Source: Candidatus Woesearchaeota archaeon (GTDB taxonomy: Archaea > Nanobdellota > Nanobdellia > Woesearchaeales > GW2011-AR15). Taken from it: a DNA stretch of 64,000 nucleotides. A program made the position numbers and the translations under genes. The stretch lies in NCBI GenBank assembly GCA_038874655.1, contig JAVZBY010000003.1, positions 134,991 through 198,990 of the forward strand, in the 5' to 3' direction. The notes beneath the pieces were generated by a model. It ran no database searches. It was not told the origin of the DNA and saw only the letters and a program-made list of their open reading frames with translations. This document shows positions 1 through 11,000 of this stretch, piece after piece; position 1 is the first letter of the stretch; each line of letters begins with the position of its first letter.

Positions 1-366
1 TGTTAAAACATTATCTCCTGGATTTAATAATGCACCTAATGCCATAGTTATTCCTTCTGAGCCACCAGAAGTTAAGACAACATCATTATAATCTACATTA
101 AGACCATTTCTTTTTGCCTCATTTGCAATTGCTTCTCTTGCTTCTTTTAATCCTAATGAATCTGCATAACTAGAACTCTTTTTCCAATTTTTTTCTACTG
201 CTTCAATTAAATGCTTAGGTGTTTCAAAATCATATTTTAATGGATCGCCAATATTCAAATAAATAATTTTTTTACCTTGACCTTCTAATCTTTGCGCTTC
301 AACTGCAACATCTCTTATAGCATATTGAATTTTCTCAGTCCTTTTTGCAGGAATTATTTCTTTCAT
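1..366 (-). CDS. class I/II aminotransferase (aspartate/alanine aminotransferase-like), N-terminal part only; gene continues beyond window start
   Basis: Own translation of the minus strand from ATG at 366..364: MKEIIPAKRTEKIQYAIRDVAVEAQRLEGQGKKIIYLNIGDPLKYDFETPKHLIEAVEKNWKKSSSYADSLGLKEAREAIANEAKRNG...VVLTSGGSEGI. This matches the N-terminal region of fold-type I PLP aminotransferases. Not in the ORF track because it is truncated. Confidence 0.65.
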   Translation of the reverse strand, partial: MKEIIPAKRTEKIQYAIRDVAVEAQRLEGQGKKIIYLNIGDPLKYDFETPKHLIEAVEKNWKKSSSYADSLGLKEAREAIANEAKRNGLNVDYNDVVLTSGGSEGITMALGALLNPGDNVLT

Positions 367-513
367 TACAAAAACAAATAAATATTTACTTAATAAAGAT
401 AATGTTATTATGAAAGAACAATAATAAAAAAATCACAACCTTAAATAAATATTATATCAAAAAGATATACAAAAAAATAAAAATTAAAAAAAATGATAAC
501 TTAAAAAAAATAA

Positions 514-667
514 TGGGCCCGCCCAGACTCGAATCCCCCAAACAATACCAGTTTCAATAAAGTGAATTCATCGAAGATGAATTCGCTCATCCAGATTAAA
601 CCTGATAAGGTTTACTGGGGACCTTTGCCGTGTGAAGGCAATGTCATAGCCACTAGACCACGAGCCC
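514..667 (-). tRNA. tRNA-Val (anticodon CAC) with an ~81-nt intron placed inside the T-arm (between positions 53/54)
   Basis: Reverse complement gives GGGCTCG acceptor paired with CGGGCCC, anticodon stem TTGCC/GGCAA with loop TTCACAC, and T-stem CCCAG...TTCGAGT-CTGGG interrupted by an 81-nt insert. Confidence 0.55.
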
Positions 668-752
668 ATCAAAAATAAAAAAAAATAACAAACTTAAAAA
701 ATTTATTTATATTAATAAAAAACTATAAAAATTAAATTTGAAGATAAATTAT

Positions 753-1331
753 CTATTTCAAAAAAGGCAAATAAAAATAAATCATAGAAATTAAATAAAA
801 AACAATAATAGCAAGAAAAAAATTAATCACATGAAAAGGAGTTTTTTCAAAATCCAAATCTGCTCTTGCAATCTTAAAACCATATTTTAATAGATAGTTT
901 AAACATAATAAAGTAAAAGCAACATAAAAAAAATTATTATTAAAAAAACTAATGCCTCTAAATATAGTAGATAAATAAAATATAGGTAAATGTCTTATTG
1001 CTTTTGTCAAATGCCTTAATTCTAAACAACTTAATATTGCTCTATTTATAATCCCTAAACAAAAAATTATTAATCCATAAACAAAACCATAGTAATATGA
1101 TGCTGTTAATCCAAAGACAAAAACAAAATCAACAGGAATATAAGGAAAAAACTGTTTAAAAATAACTTTAAAAAAATCCAACAACTCAAAAATCAATATT
1201 ATAATTAAAGGTTTAAAATTGGAAAATATAACTAAAAGTATTATAAATAAAACTATTTTAGATATTAATGAAAAATAAACATTCAAAGAATATTGCTTTT
1301 TACATGTTCTTTTACGAAATGTTTTCATCAT
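753..1331 (-). CDS. hypothetical polytopic membrane protein
   Basis: 192-aa ORF with multiple hydrophobic segments. No recognisable motif. Confidence 0.45.
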   Translation of the reverse strand: MMKTFRKRTCKKQYSLNVYFSLISKIVLFIILLVIFSNFKPLIIILIFELLDFFKVIFKQFFPYIPVDFVFVFGLTASYYYGFVYGLIIFCLGIINRAILSCLELRHLTKAIRHLPIFYLSTIFRGISFFNNNFFYVAFTLLCLNYLLKYGFKIARADLDFEKTPFHVINFFLAIIVFYLISMIYFYLPFLK

Positions 1332-1464
1332 ATAATATTTAATAGAATCTTTTATAAAAATTTATCTACCTAAAAAGCTTTAAAAAAATATGAAACAAAT
1401 AAAAACCAATAAATACTAAAAATTTCAATAAAAATTTATAAATTAAATAATTATTTTATAAAAT

Positions 1465-2052
1465 ATGAATGATGAAAATACAAAAAAAATTTTTGAAAAT
1501 TTAAGAAATGAAATTGAAAAAATTGATTCTGCCAGAGAAGAAATAATAATAAAATCAAGACCTATTATCAAAGAATCTAAACAAGCTATTTACCTTTTAC
1601 ATAAAAATAATACAAAAGAAGCAAAAAAATCTATAGATAATGCAAAAAAAGAATTAGAAAAATTAAAAAAATTAATTCTTGAAACTCCTACTGTTGATGT
1701 TGGTTCTTATAATAGCGCATTACAAGAATACACAGAAGCAATAACTTATTATTATTTTGTTGTTGAAAATAGATTAATCTCTAATAAAGAGATAGAAGTT
1801 GATGCCGAAAACTATTTACTTGGCTTATGTGATTTAACAGGAGAACTGACAAGAAGAGCTGTCTTTTCAGTTGTAAATGAAGATTTCAGCGAAGTAAAGA
1901 AAATCTCAACATTTTTAGAAATTATACATAACGAATTTCTAGATTTTGAATTAAGAAATGGTGAAATCAGAAGAAAATCTGATTCAATAAAATGGAATCT
2001 TAAAAAAGTTGAAGAAATATTATATGATTTAAAAATAAGAGGAAAAATATAA
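1465..2052 (+). CDS. translin-family protein (putative nucleic-acid binding/RNase)
   Basis: 195 aa. NYLLGLCDLTGELTRRAV matches the conserved YLxGLxDLTGEL helix of translin/TRAX. Overall all-helical, Glu-rich. Confidence 0.5.
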   Translation: MNDENTKKIFENLRNEIEKIDSAREEIIIKSRPIIKESKQAIYLLHKNNTKEAKKSIDNAKKELEKLKKLILETPTVDVGSYNSALQEYTEAITYYYFVVENRLISNKEIEVDAENYLLGLCDLTGELTRRAVFSVVNEDFSEVKKISTFLEIIHNEFLDFELRNGEIRRKSDSIKWNLKKVEEILYDLKIRGKI

Positions 2053-2113
2053 AATATCAAGAAGAAAACAAAAATAAAAAAAATCAAAAATATAAATAAT
2101 AAAAGGTATAAAA

Positions 2114-2608
2114 ATGGAATTAAACAAAGCTATTGAATTATTAAACAACTCTGAAATATATAAAAAATGGAAAAAAGAAAATCCTAAGTATTATTTAAGC
2201 CATGCTTTTATAATGATTGATCCGCAAGTAAAACTAGAATGGCAAATAGGCTATTGCAATCCAGAAAATAATAAAATAATAACTTTCGCTATTTCTGATG
2301 ATGAAAAGATAACAGAAAACCCTGAGTCAGAAAGTTTATACAATAAAGAAATTTTAAAATTAGATATAAACAAAGTAAAAATAAATTTAGATAATGCATT
2401 AGAAAAAGCAGAACAAAAACAAAAAGAAAAATATAAAGAACATTTTCCATTTAAAAAAATTGTTTTATTGCAAAATTTAGAAATTGGACAAGTTTGGAAT
2501 ATTACTTATGTAACAAGAACATTTAAAACATTAAACATAAAAATTGATTCTGAAACCGGAGAAATTATTTCTGATGAACTAATTGATTTATTCAAAATTG
2601 AGAGATAA
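2114..2608 (+). CDS. hypothetical protein
   Basis: 164-aa ORF, good coding character, no recognisable motif. Confidence 0.4.
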   Translation: MELNKAIELLNNSEIYKKWKKENPKYYLSHAFIMIDPQVKLEWQIGYCNPENNKIITFAISDDEKITENPESESLYNKEILKLDINKVKINLDNALEKAEQKQKEKYKEHFPFKKIVLLQNLEIGQVWNITYVTRTFKTLNIKIDSETGEIISDELIDLFKIER

Positions 2609-2738
2609 GAAAAAAATTTATTATAATTATTAAAAAATCAAAAACAAAATAAAAATAGTATTTATAAAAATTTCTAATCTAAAAAATATATTTTTTATTT
2701 TAATAGAATTTATAAACAAAAGAATTAATTAATCATTC

Positions 2739-3167
2739 ATGGTTGAAGTTAAAATTGTTAGATTAGACAAATCTTTAACAATGCCTTTCTATGCACATGA
2801 AGGTGATGCAGGAATTGATTTAAGAAGCTCTGTTGATGAGATTATAAAACCAAATGAAACAAAAACAATCCCCACAGGAATAAAAATGGCTATTCCTGAA
2901 AACTATGTTGGCTTAATATGGGATAAGTCTGGTTATGCTTCTAAAAATTCAATTAAAACAATGGCAGGTGTTGTTGACTCTGGCTACAGAGGAGAAATTA
3001 AAGTTGTCTTAATAAATTTAGGAAAAGAAGATTTTATCATAAAAAAAGACATGAAAATAGCCCAAATGTTAATACAGCCAGTTGTTAAAGCTAAATTAAT
3101 GGAAGTTGACTCTCTTGAAGAAACAAAAAGAAACGATGCTGGATTTGGAAGCACTGGAAAATTTTGA
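2739..3167 (+). CDS. dut: dUTP diphosphatase (trimeric dUTPase)
   Basis: Motifs GDAGIDL, VVDSGYRGE, IAQMLIQP and C-terminal RNDAGFGSTG are the canonical dUTPase motifs I to V. Confidence 0.9.
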   Translation: MVEVKIVRLDKSLTMPFYAHEGDAGIDLRSSVDEIIKPNETKTIPTGIKMAIPENYVGLIWDKSGYASKNSIKTMAGVVDSGYRGEIKVVLINLGKEDFIIKKDMKIAQMLIQPVVKAKLMEVDSLEETKRNDAGFGSTGKF

Positions 3168-3392
3168 TTAAACAAACAAAAAAACACCAAATTAAAAATA
3201 ATATAAACATAATAAAATTAAAAATAACAAAAAGCAAAAGAGGTCGTAAAAATGACAATACAAAAGAAAAAAATAAGTTATGACGCAATGATAAAAAGCA
3301 AACCATTGGATTCCTTTATAACAGAAGAAAAAGAAGAGTAAAAATAAATTAATTTATAACAAAGATTATATAAATTATATAAAGATATAAGC

Positions 3393-4085
3393 TTAATAAT
3401 TTATTTTTTCTAAAAAACTTAATGCAGATTTTTTAACATCTTCAAAAACCTGTTCAATTTTTCTATTACCATCTATTTTAACATATGGCACTAAATTTCT
3501 TTTAAAAATTTCCTCATAACCTTTTAATACTCTATTGTGGAATTCTAAATTCATAGATTCAAATTTATCTCCTTTTTTATCATTTGCTCTCTTCACTGCT
3601 ATTTCTGGTGGCACATCTAAATAAATAACTAATCCTGGCATTACTGAAACAGCTACTTTGTTTATTAAAAGCACATTTTCAAAACCCAAATTTCTGCCAT
3701 AACCTTGAAAAGCTAAGCTAGATAAAAAACTTCTATCTGAAATTACAATCTTGCCTTGATTAAGATTAGGTAAAACAACATTTCTTAATGTTTGTGCTCT
3801 TGATGCGGCATACAAATATGCTTCTGTATAAGGATTCATTTCTTCATTAAAACTAGTTCCTTGTGCTATTTTCCTTATTGAATCTGCAACCTCACTGCCA
3901 CCTGGCTCTTTTGTTAATAAAACACTATTAGGATATTTCTCATTAAGAAAACTAAAAAGCAATCTTGCTTGTGTTGATTTGCCACACCCAACAATACCTT
4001 CAAAAACAATATAGGGATAAATTTTATTTTCCACAAAAGGAAAAAAACCTTCTATAGTATTTAAAATTAATGTATCCAAATCCAT
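3393..4085 (-). CDS. tmk: thymidylate kinase
   Basis: P-loop FEGIVGCGKSTQ, LLTKEPGG, DRSFLSSLAFQG (DRY-like motif and lid). Confidence 0.9.
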   Translation of the reverse strand: MDLDTLILNTIEGFFPFVENKIYPYIVFEGIVGCGKSTQARLLFSFLNEKYPNSVLLTKEPGGSEVADSIRKIAQGTSFNEEMNPYTEAYLYAASRAQTLRNVVLPNLNQGKIVISDRSFLSSLAFQGYGRNLGFENVLLINKVAVSVMPGLVIYLDVPPEIAVKRANDKKGDKFESMNLEFHNRVLKGYEEIFKRNLVPYVKIDGNRKIEQVFEDVKKSALSFLEKINY

Positions 4086-4112
4086 TTTTAAGACACCAAA
4101 AAAATGAGAGGA

Positions 4113-4188
4113 AAGGGCGACCGGGGAGAATCGAACTCCCTCCTAAGGCTCCACAGGCCTCCACGCTAACCATTACGCTACGGTCGCC
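4113..4188 (-). tRNA. tRNA-His (anticodon GTG), intronless, with encoded G-1
   Basis: Reverse complement folds as a cloverleaf: acceptor GCGACCG/CGGTCGC, anticodon loop CTGTGGA, T-arm GGGAG-TTCGATT-CTCCC. Confidence 0.8.
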
Positions 4189-4323
4189 ATAATTAATGCT
4201 AACAATAAAACATATTTTTTATTTAATGAAGTTTTTGTTTATTTAAATAATTTTAGATACTAAACTTTTTAGAATGAAATTTAAAAAAATCTAAATTAAA
4301 AATCAAAAAGTTTATATAGGATT

Positions 4324-4920
4324 ATGTATACTATTATCTATATGTCTGATTACACATCACCTTTTAGAACAGGAATTGCTTTTTTAGATAGATTAGGTGT
4401 TTACGAAGTTTTATTGCCTTTCCTCTTAATTTTCACATTAGTTTATGCCATTTTAGAAAAATCAAAAGTTTTTGGTGTTGAGCATGTTGGTGAACATACA
4501 TATTCTAAAAAAAATTTAAATGCTATGTTTGCATTTGTAACTGCATTCTTAGTTGTCGCAAGCTCAAGATTAGTTGCCACTATTAATGAAGCTGTTGCAA
4601 ATATGACCATTTTAATGCTATTAGGTGTTTGCTTTTTATTATTACTGGGTGTATTTCATACTGGTGATAAAGAATTAGAATTATCCCAAACTTACAAAAC
4701 AATCTTTACTGTTATAAGCTTTATTGGAATTATAATAATATTTTTACATGCTTTAAAAACAAATGATGGAACACCTTGGCTTTATTATGGTTGGAATTTT
4801 TTAGTAACTAATCTAGACACAGGAGCTGTAGGTGCTGTTATATTAACAATAGCAGTTGTAGTTTTAATGGGCTATATTACAAGTGACCAAAAATCTAAAG
4901 TAGAAGAGAAAAAAGATTAA
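4324..4920 (+). CDS. membrane protein, paralog 1 of a tandem triplet
   Basis: N-terminal FLDRLGVYEVLLPFLLIFTLVYAIL is nearly identical to ILDRMGVLDILLPFLLIFTIAFAVL of the next ORF. 4 to 5 TM segments. Confidence 0.55.
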   Translation: MYTIIYMSDYTSPFRTGIAFLDRLGVYEVLLPFLLIFTLVYAILEKSKVFGVEHVGEHTYSKKNLNAMFAFVTAFLVVASSRLVATINEAVANMTILMLLGVCFLLLLGVFHTGDKELELSQTYKTIFTVISFIGIIIIFLHALKTNDGTPWLYYGWNFLVTNLDTGAVGAVILTIAVVVLMGYITSDQKSKVEEKKD

Positions 4921-4961
4921 ATATAATAAAAATATAATATAAAAAATAAATAGGTGAAAAA

Positions 4962-5549
4962 ATGCAAACATTTACAGATTGGATACTAATTTTAGATAGA
5001 ATGGGTGTTTTAGATATACTTCTTCCATTTTTATTAATTTTCACAATAGCATTTGCAGTTTTACAAAAAAGCATGATTTTAGGCCCAAACTCTAAAAAAT
5101 TCAATACAATTGTTGCTTTTGTTATAGGTATGGCATCTGTAATGCCACATATTGTTGGTAGAGGCCCTGATGTTGTGCCTATTATTAATAGTGCTTTGCC
5201 TAATGTTTCTGTTTTAATGATTGCTTCTATGATGGTTTTATTAATGATAGGTGTATTTGGTAATAATGTTAATGTTGCAGGCACACCCTTAGTAGGAATT
5301 GTTGTTTTATTCTCTGCAATAAGTGTTGGCTATACCTTTATAGCTGCTGCTGGCGGCTTGCCAATGATTCCTTTTTTAAATGATCCTGAAACATTGCAAT
5401 TATTAGTTGCTATTTTAGTATTTGGAATAATAGTATGGTTTATAACAAAAGAAGAAAATGTTCCACAACACAAAAAAACATTTAAGGAACACTTAAATGA
5501 TTGGTTTGGCGGAATGTATGGTGGTGGAAGCCAAGGAGGTCATCATTAA
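4962..5549 (+). CDS. membrane protein, paralog 2 of a tandem triplet
   Basis: Shares the conserved N-terminal LDRxGVxxxLLPFLLIFT block with 4324..4920. Gly-rich tail GGMYGGGSQGGHH. Confidence 0.55.
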   Translation: MQTFTDWILILDRMGVLDILLPFLLIFTIAFAVLQKSMILGPNSKKFNTIVAFVIGMASVMPHIVGRGPDVVPIINSALPNVSVLMIASMMVLLMIGVFGNNVNVAGTPLVGIVVLFSAISVGYTFIAAAGGLPMIPFLNDPETLQLLVAILVFGIIVWFITKEENVPQHKKTFKEHLNDWFGGMYGGGSQGGHH

Positions 5550-6109
5550 TGGCATCCTTATTAGATATATCATTATTGAATTATTTTTCAAATGTATTTG
5601 TTATTCTATTTGTTTTTGCAGCAACTTATGCTGTATTAATGTTTAAAAACCCATTTCAAATATCAGAAGAAAAAAAATACATTAATTCTGTAATTGCAAT
5701 TACATTAGCATTAATGATGATATTCTCTCAAGACGCAATTGAAATTATAAAAAACACAATTCCTTGGTATATTATTATGCTTATTTCATTGTTATTTGTA
5801 ATTATAATTGCCAGTGCATTTAATACCTCAATTCCAAGTTCATTATCAAGCTCAATGGGCACCTATATTTTAGTAATCGCTATAATAATCTTATTAATTA
5901 ATGTTGCCAACAAAATAGGACAACAAGCAGGGCCTTATTTATCAGGAAACGCTAATCCTGATGTTGTTGTTCCAAATGGAGAAGGAGATGTTGCCTCAAA
6001 TAGCTTTACTCAAAACTTTGGCGCTACTCTATTTCATCCAAAAGTTTTAGCAATGATTTTAGTTTTAATTATTTCTTTATTTGCTGTTCTTTGGATAGGA
6101 TATAAATAA
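5549..6109 (+). CDS. membrane protein, paralog 3 (start moved to the ATG overlapping the upstream stop, TAATG, preceded by GGAGGT)
   Basis: MASLLDISLLNYFSNVFVILFVFAATYAVL has the same architecture as the two upstream ORFs. The track ORF began 48 nt earlier inside the previous gene. Confidence 0.5.
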   Translation: MASLLDISLLNYFSNVFVILFVFAATYAVLMFKNPFQISEEKKYINSVIAITLALMMIFSQDAIEIIKNTIPWYIIMLISLLFVIIIASAFNTSIPSSLSSSMGTYILVIAIIILLINVANKIGQQAGPYLSGNANPDVVVPNGEGDVASNSFTQNFGATLFHPKVLAMILVLIISLFAVLWIGYK

Positions 6110-6145
6110 AAAAATCAAACAAAAGAAAAATTAAAAAAATTTAAT

Positions 6146-7894
6146 TTAAACTTTATCAAAATAGCTTGGTAATGTGGTTGATCCTAAAAAATTAACAATT
6201 ACTCCTCCATAAGCACAATGATTTAAATTAGTATTAGGAACATAAATACCTTTTATCTTTATTTTATTATGTTCTATTTTATATAAACTTTTTTTATTAA
6301 TATTACCCTCTTTAATAGTATAAGGAAGAACAAAACAAGAATCTCCACTACTACAATAGGATACAACAGAAATTAAAAGTGTTTTTTCCTCTGCTATACA
6401 CAAATTTCCTGGTTCATAAGGTATGCTTAAAAGATAATCCTCTCCTTCTGCTTTTCCACCTACACATCTAGAATCACAATATCCGTCATTTTTTTCTAGG
6501 TTATCATTTTCAATATATCTACATTCACAAAATCCCTCTCTAATAGGCATACAAACATTACTTGAACCGCAATATTCACCATACTTTTTATTACTACACA
6601 TTTTTATAGAATCTATTTCTCCTGATAAAATTTTTATTGTTTCAGGATCATAAGCTAAATTTTTTGAAACATCTTCTATTAAATTTGAATCTAGACATAA
6701 TCTATTTTCAAAATTATAATAAGGATTATAATATCTCCCATTCTCTACACATTTATCATGAATACTTTTTAACATTTCATCACACTTTATAAATTCTTTA
6801 TTAATATCATTATTTTCATAATATCCATAAATCACATTATTCCTCTTATCAAAGTATTTTGGTTCATTTTTAGCTAAGAGAGTAGTATAAACTTTATTAT
6901 TATCTAAATAATAACTAATTGCCCAATTATCTTTATCATTATCACATAAACAATTACCTTCACTTTCACATAACTCATTAAAATAATACATTGGTTTAAA
7001 TAACAAATCTGATTTTATTATTTTTAAAGTATTACAATCTGTCAACGGAGATTTATAAGAAAAACCATCAATATTTGCAATAAGTCTTCCATTTTTATAT
7101 TCAGTTTTTAAACCACGCCATAAATTCTTTTCTGAATCCCAAGTTGCAATTCTATAATTATTTATAGGCAAAGGTAAAGTTGTTTCATCAACATCATAAG
7201 AAAAAATAACTGGTTTTGAAAAAACAACTCCATCTGGCAATCCTTCATAGACTATATTACTATGTACTACCTTATTTTCAAATCCATTAAAGTTAGTATC
7301 ATGAATCTTTATAGAAATTTTATCTACAGGATTTCCATTTTTATCTAGAATTTTTGTTCCTTTTGAAAACAACAAATCAACTTTACCATCTATAGATTTA
7401 ATTACAATATCTCTATCGGTTATACCATTAGGTATTCTAACGAAATTAGTTTTATCTATATTAACTATAAACTCTCTAAACTCTATTTTTTGATTTTCTT
7501 TTTTTAACTCAACAAAATAATTAACATCTAAAGTAATTGTTTCTTCATTTAATTGTACATTTATTTGTAAATCACCTTCTTGAACTTGATAATTTTTCTT
7601 TTCTACCTCTGAAAAAAGTTGTTCTGTGCATAATTTTGTTTTTTGCTTAACTTGATTTTTAAATAATTCTATATTATTTTCATCAATACCTGTTTTTTCT
7701 ATTTCTGTTTTTGCTGCATCAGCAATACATAATTTAATCATTTCTTTAATATTACTTTCATAACTAAACTCAAAATAATTGCTCTTTGAAAAACCTAAAT
7801 TTGTATTTTTATATAACATTAAAATTAAAAATAGTAAAACAATAATTCCAACAATAAAAAAAATAGTAATCTGTGTTTTTTTGAGTTTAATCAT
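6146..7894 (-). CDS. Cys-rich exported protein with pilin-like (class III signal-like) N-terminus
   Basis: N-terminal KLKKTQITIFFIVGIIVLL resembles RYKKAQFFIIDGIFGIIIL of the pilin-like gene at 23809..24339. C-terminal half rich in paired Cys. Confidence 0.5.
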   Translation of the reverse strand: MIKLKKTQITIFFIVGIIVLLFLILMLYKNTNLGFSKSNYFEFSYESNIKEMIKLCIADAAKTEIEKTGIDENNIELFKNQVKQKTKLCTEQLFSEVEKKNYQVQEGDLQINVQLNEETITLDVNYFVELKKENQKIEFREFIVNIDKTNFVRIPNGITDRDIVIKSIDGKVDLLFSKGTKILDKNGNPVDKISIKIHDTNFNGFENKVVHSNIVYEGLPDGVVFSKPVIFSYDVDETTLPLPINNYRIATWDSEKNLWRGLKTEYKNGRLIANIDGFSYKSPLTDCNTLKIIKSDLLFKPMYYFNELCESEGNCLCDNDKDNWAISYYLDNNKVYTTLLAKNEPKYFDKRNNVIYGYYENNDINKEFIKCDEMLKSIHDKCVENGRYYNPYYNFENRLCLDSNLIEDVSKNLAYDPETIKILSGEIDSIKMCSNKKYGEYCGSSNVCMPIREGFCECRYIENDNLEKNDGYCDSRCVGGKAEGEDYLLSIPYEPGNLCIAEEKTLLISVVSYCSSGDSCFVLPYTIKEGNINKKSLYKIEHNKIKIKGIYVPNTNLNHCAYGGVIVNFLGSTTLPSYFDKV

Positions 7895-8092
7895 AAAAAT
7901 TAATTGTCATAATTAGTATATAAATTTAATGCTCTAAAATTAATAATTGATATTATTAATATGTTTAAATAAAATATAAAAACTATTTAACTAAAAATAA
8001 ATCAAAGAAAAGAAAATAAAAAAATTTAAAAAAGGTATAACTATTATTTTTTTATGATTTTAATCATTTAAAAATTTAAAAAATTTATTAAA

Positions 8093-11000
8093 ATGAAAAA
8101 AAAGATGATAAAAAAGAGGTTATATTTTTTCTTAATTCTTGTATCATTTTTTTTATTTTTCTTTATTAATACTATACAATTTTCAAACTCACAAAGTTTA
8201 AATTATGAGAAAATCGGCAGATCTTATTTTAATTCTCCAAATTGCTATATCTATGAAGATAACTCTTTAAAAGATGGCGGCTGCTTATGCTATGAAAATA
8301 AAATAATGGGAACTGGTAATGAAGAGGATGGTTTATACTCAACATGTAAATCTAGTAACATGGATATTACTCAAATAGAAACTTCTTCAAATGAATGTTC
8401 TAAAAATTGTGTTTCTGATCAATACTATATAAGACTTTGCGAATTTGATGGCAAAAACTTCAATTGTAAAATCTTAGAAAAATTAACAGATTTTCCTTCA
8501 ATAAAAGAAATAGAACCAATCCTTGATGAAAATGGAAATAAAAAATGCTCTACTGATTTTTATAGAAATCCTGGGGAAAATAATTGCTATAAATACTATT
8601 TAGACCCAGAGAAAGAATTATGCGAATTACAAGAAACTAGTGAATTAGAAAAGTGTAATTGTTTAGATGTTAATACTGTAAATTGTGGTTTTGATGAATT
8701 ATTAAAATATTGTTGCAAAAAAGAAGAATTCAAAAATGACCCTAGATGTAATTGTAATATATTAAGTATTGAAATCAAAGGTAATGAAATTACTTGTCAA
8801 GAAAGTTATAAAAGGCCTAAAAAAAATTCATTAAACTGTGAAAAATTAACAAAAAAAGATAATTCATGCGTATATTTAGATGTAAATAATAAAGAGTGTT
8901 ATGATTTTGAATTAAATAACCCTAATAAAAGAAATGGCGATTTAAATTGCTTATCTGATCAATTATACCAACTTTATAATGAAGAATGTAAAAATTGTGA
9001 AAGCAAATTTATATATGATGTTGAAGAACATAAATGTTATTATAAATCACCTGAAACATTTTGTACAGAAAAAGAAGTTTATATATGCAATTGTATAGAT
9101 TTACTAAAAGAAAATGAAAAAACCTGTGATAATCCTTTTTATCAAATCTGCAATTTAGAATGTAAAAATAATGAGCAAAAAAGATGTACAAAAGGTTATT
9201 ATAGAGATTCATTTAATTCTGATAAATGTTTTATTCAAAAATTAGAAAACAATATTTGCATAGAAACTCAAGTAGATCCATTAAATTGTTTAGGAATTGA
9301 TGGTTCTAATTCATGTGTTAATGATAAAATAAAACAAATGACTGACGATTGCAATAAAAATTGCTCTGGAATAACTTATTTAAGATCAAAACATAATTCT
9401 AATGATTGTTTTGTTAAATCTCCTGATACAGATTGTGAAAAAAAAGAAACTGATTTAGAAAATTGTTTAGGTATAATGGGATCTAATAATTGTGAAAGTG
9501 ATCCTATTTATAATAGGTATGGTAATTGTGAAAGACAAGATTCTGACAATGATGGCATAGATGATAAATTTGAAAAAAAAGAATGTTTAAACACAAAAAA
9601 TAACGAGCCTGTAAATAATGATGGCTGTTCTTGTTCTCAAATTAATTGTGATGATAATAATCCCTGTACTGATGATTATTGCGAAAATGGTAGATGCATA
9701 TACAAGTATAACAATAACCCTTGTGGAGAATTTAGAAAATGTCCCTCCAGTCAATGTGAAAGCAAATATCCTTATGAAAGATGGATTGAATATCCAGAAA
9801 GTGGAAAAGATTATTGCTCAGAAGGTAAATGCTTAACTTATAGCTGTGAAATAAAAAGCATAAAATACTCTAAATATTGTGATCCTGACGATGATGATGA
9901 CAATGATCCAGATATAACTGATCCATATCCTGAAGATCCTTCTAGAAACACAGAATCAGAAAAAGAAAAACAAATAATTTGTGAAAAAAATGCCCCAAAC
10001 TGTGAATTAAATCTTGGGATTTGTAAAGATTCTAAAAAACAATGTATAAATAATGAATGGCTAACTTGTGACAAAAACAATTATGGCGAAAATTATGTGC
10101 TTGAAGAAGATAATAATCTTTGCGACGGATTAGATAATGATTGTGATGGCACAATTGATGAGAATTGTGAATGTATAAACAATGAAATAAAAGAATGTGG
10201 CATAAATATTGGAATTTGTAAAAAAGGCATACAAAAATGTATTAATGGCAAATGGAGCACTTGTGAAAATGCTATATTTCCAAAAAATGAAACATGTAAT
10301 AATTTAGATGATGATTGTGATGGTTTAACTGATGAAGATATTTACAATTCTGGTGATTACACCTTAAAAGAAGAATGCTTCATAAACCTATGTAAAGGTG
10401 TAAAAAAATGCAATTCTAATTGTGAATTATTTGAAGATAACGATAAAGATAATTATTGTACTACAATAGATAATTGCCCTGAAATTTCAAACACAGATCA
10501 GATAGATAGTGATGGTGATTTTATTGGTGATGCTTGTGATGTTTGTCCATTTGATCCTTTAAATGACATTGATAATGATGGTATTTGTAGTAATACAGAT
10601 AATTGTCCAACTCTTTATAACCAAAATCAACAAGATTCTGATAATGATAACATTGGTGATGCTTGTGATGTTTGTCCAAATGACCAATTAAATGATATTG
10701 ATAACGATGGTATTTGCAGTAATACAGATAATTGTCCTTTAAAATACAATCCTGAACAAATGGATTGTGATAATAACGGTATTGGTGATATTTGTGATTT
10801 AAACTCTCTTTGTGTTATTGATAGTGATAATGACGGAATAAAAGATAATAAAGATAATTGTCCTTATATATCAAATTCAGAACAAACAGATTCTGATAAA
10901 GATAATATCGGTGATGCTTGTGATGTTTGTCCATTTGATTCTTTAAATGATATTGATAAAGATGGTGTTTGTGGGAACATTGATAATTGTCCAAACATAT

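Noticed and set aside
3241-3333. Short 29-codon ORF (MTIQKKKISYDAMIKSKPLDSFITEEKEE) in the dut-tmk spacer
   Set aside because: Too short and Lys-rich to distinguish from chance in this composition. No motif.
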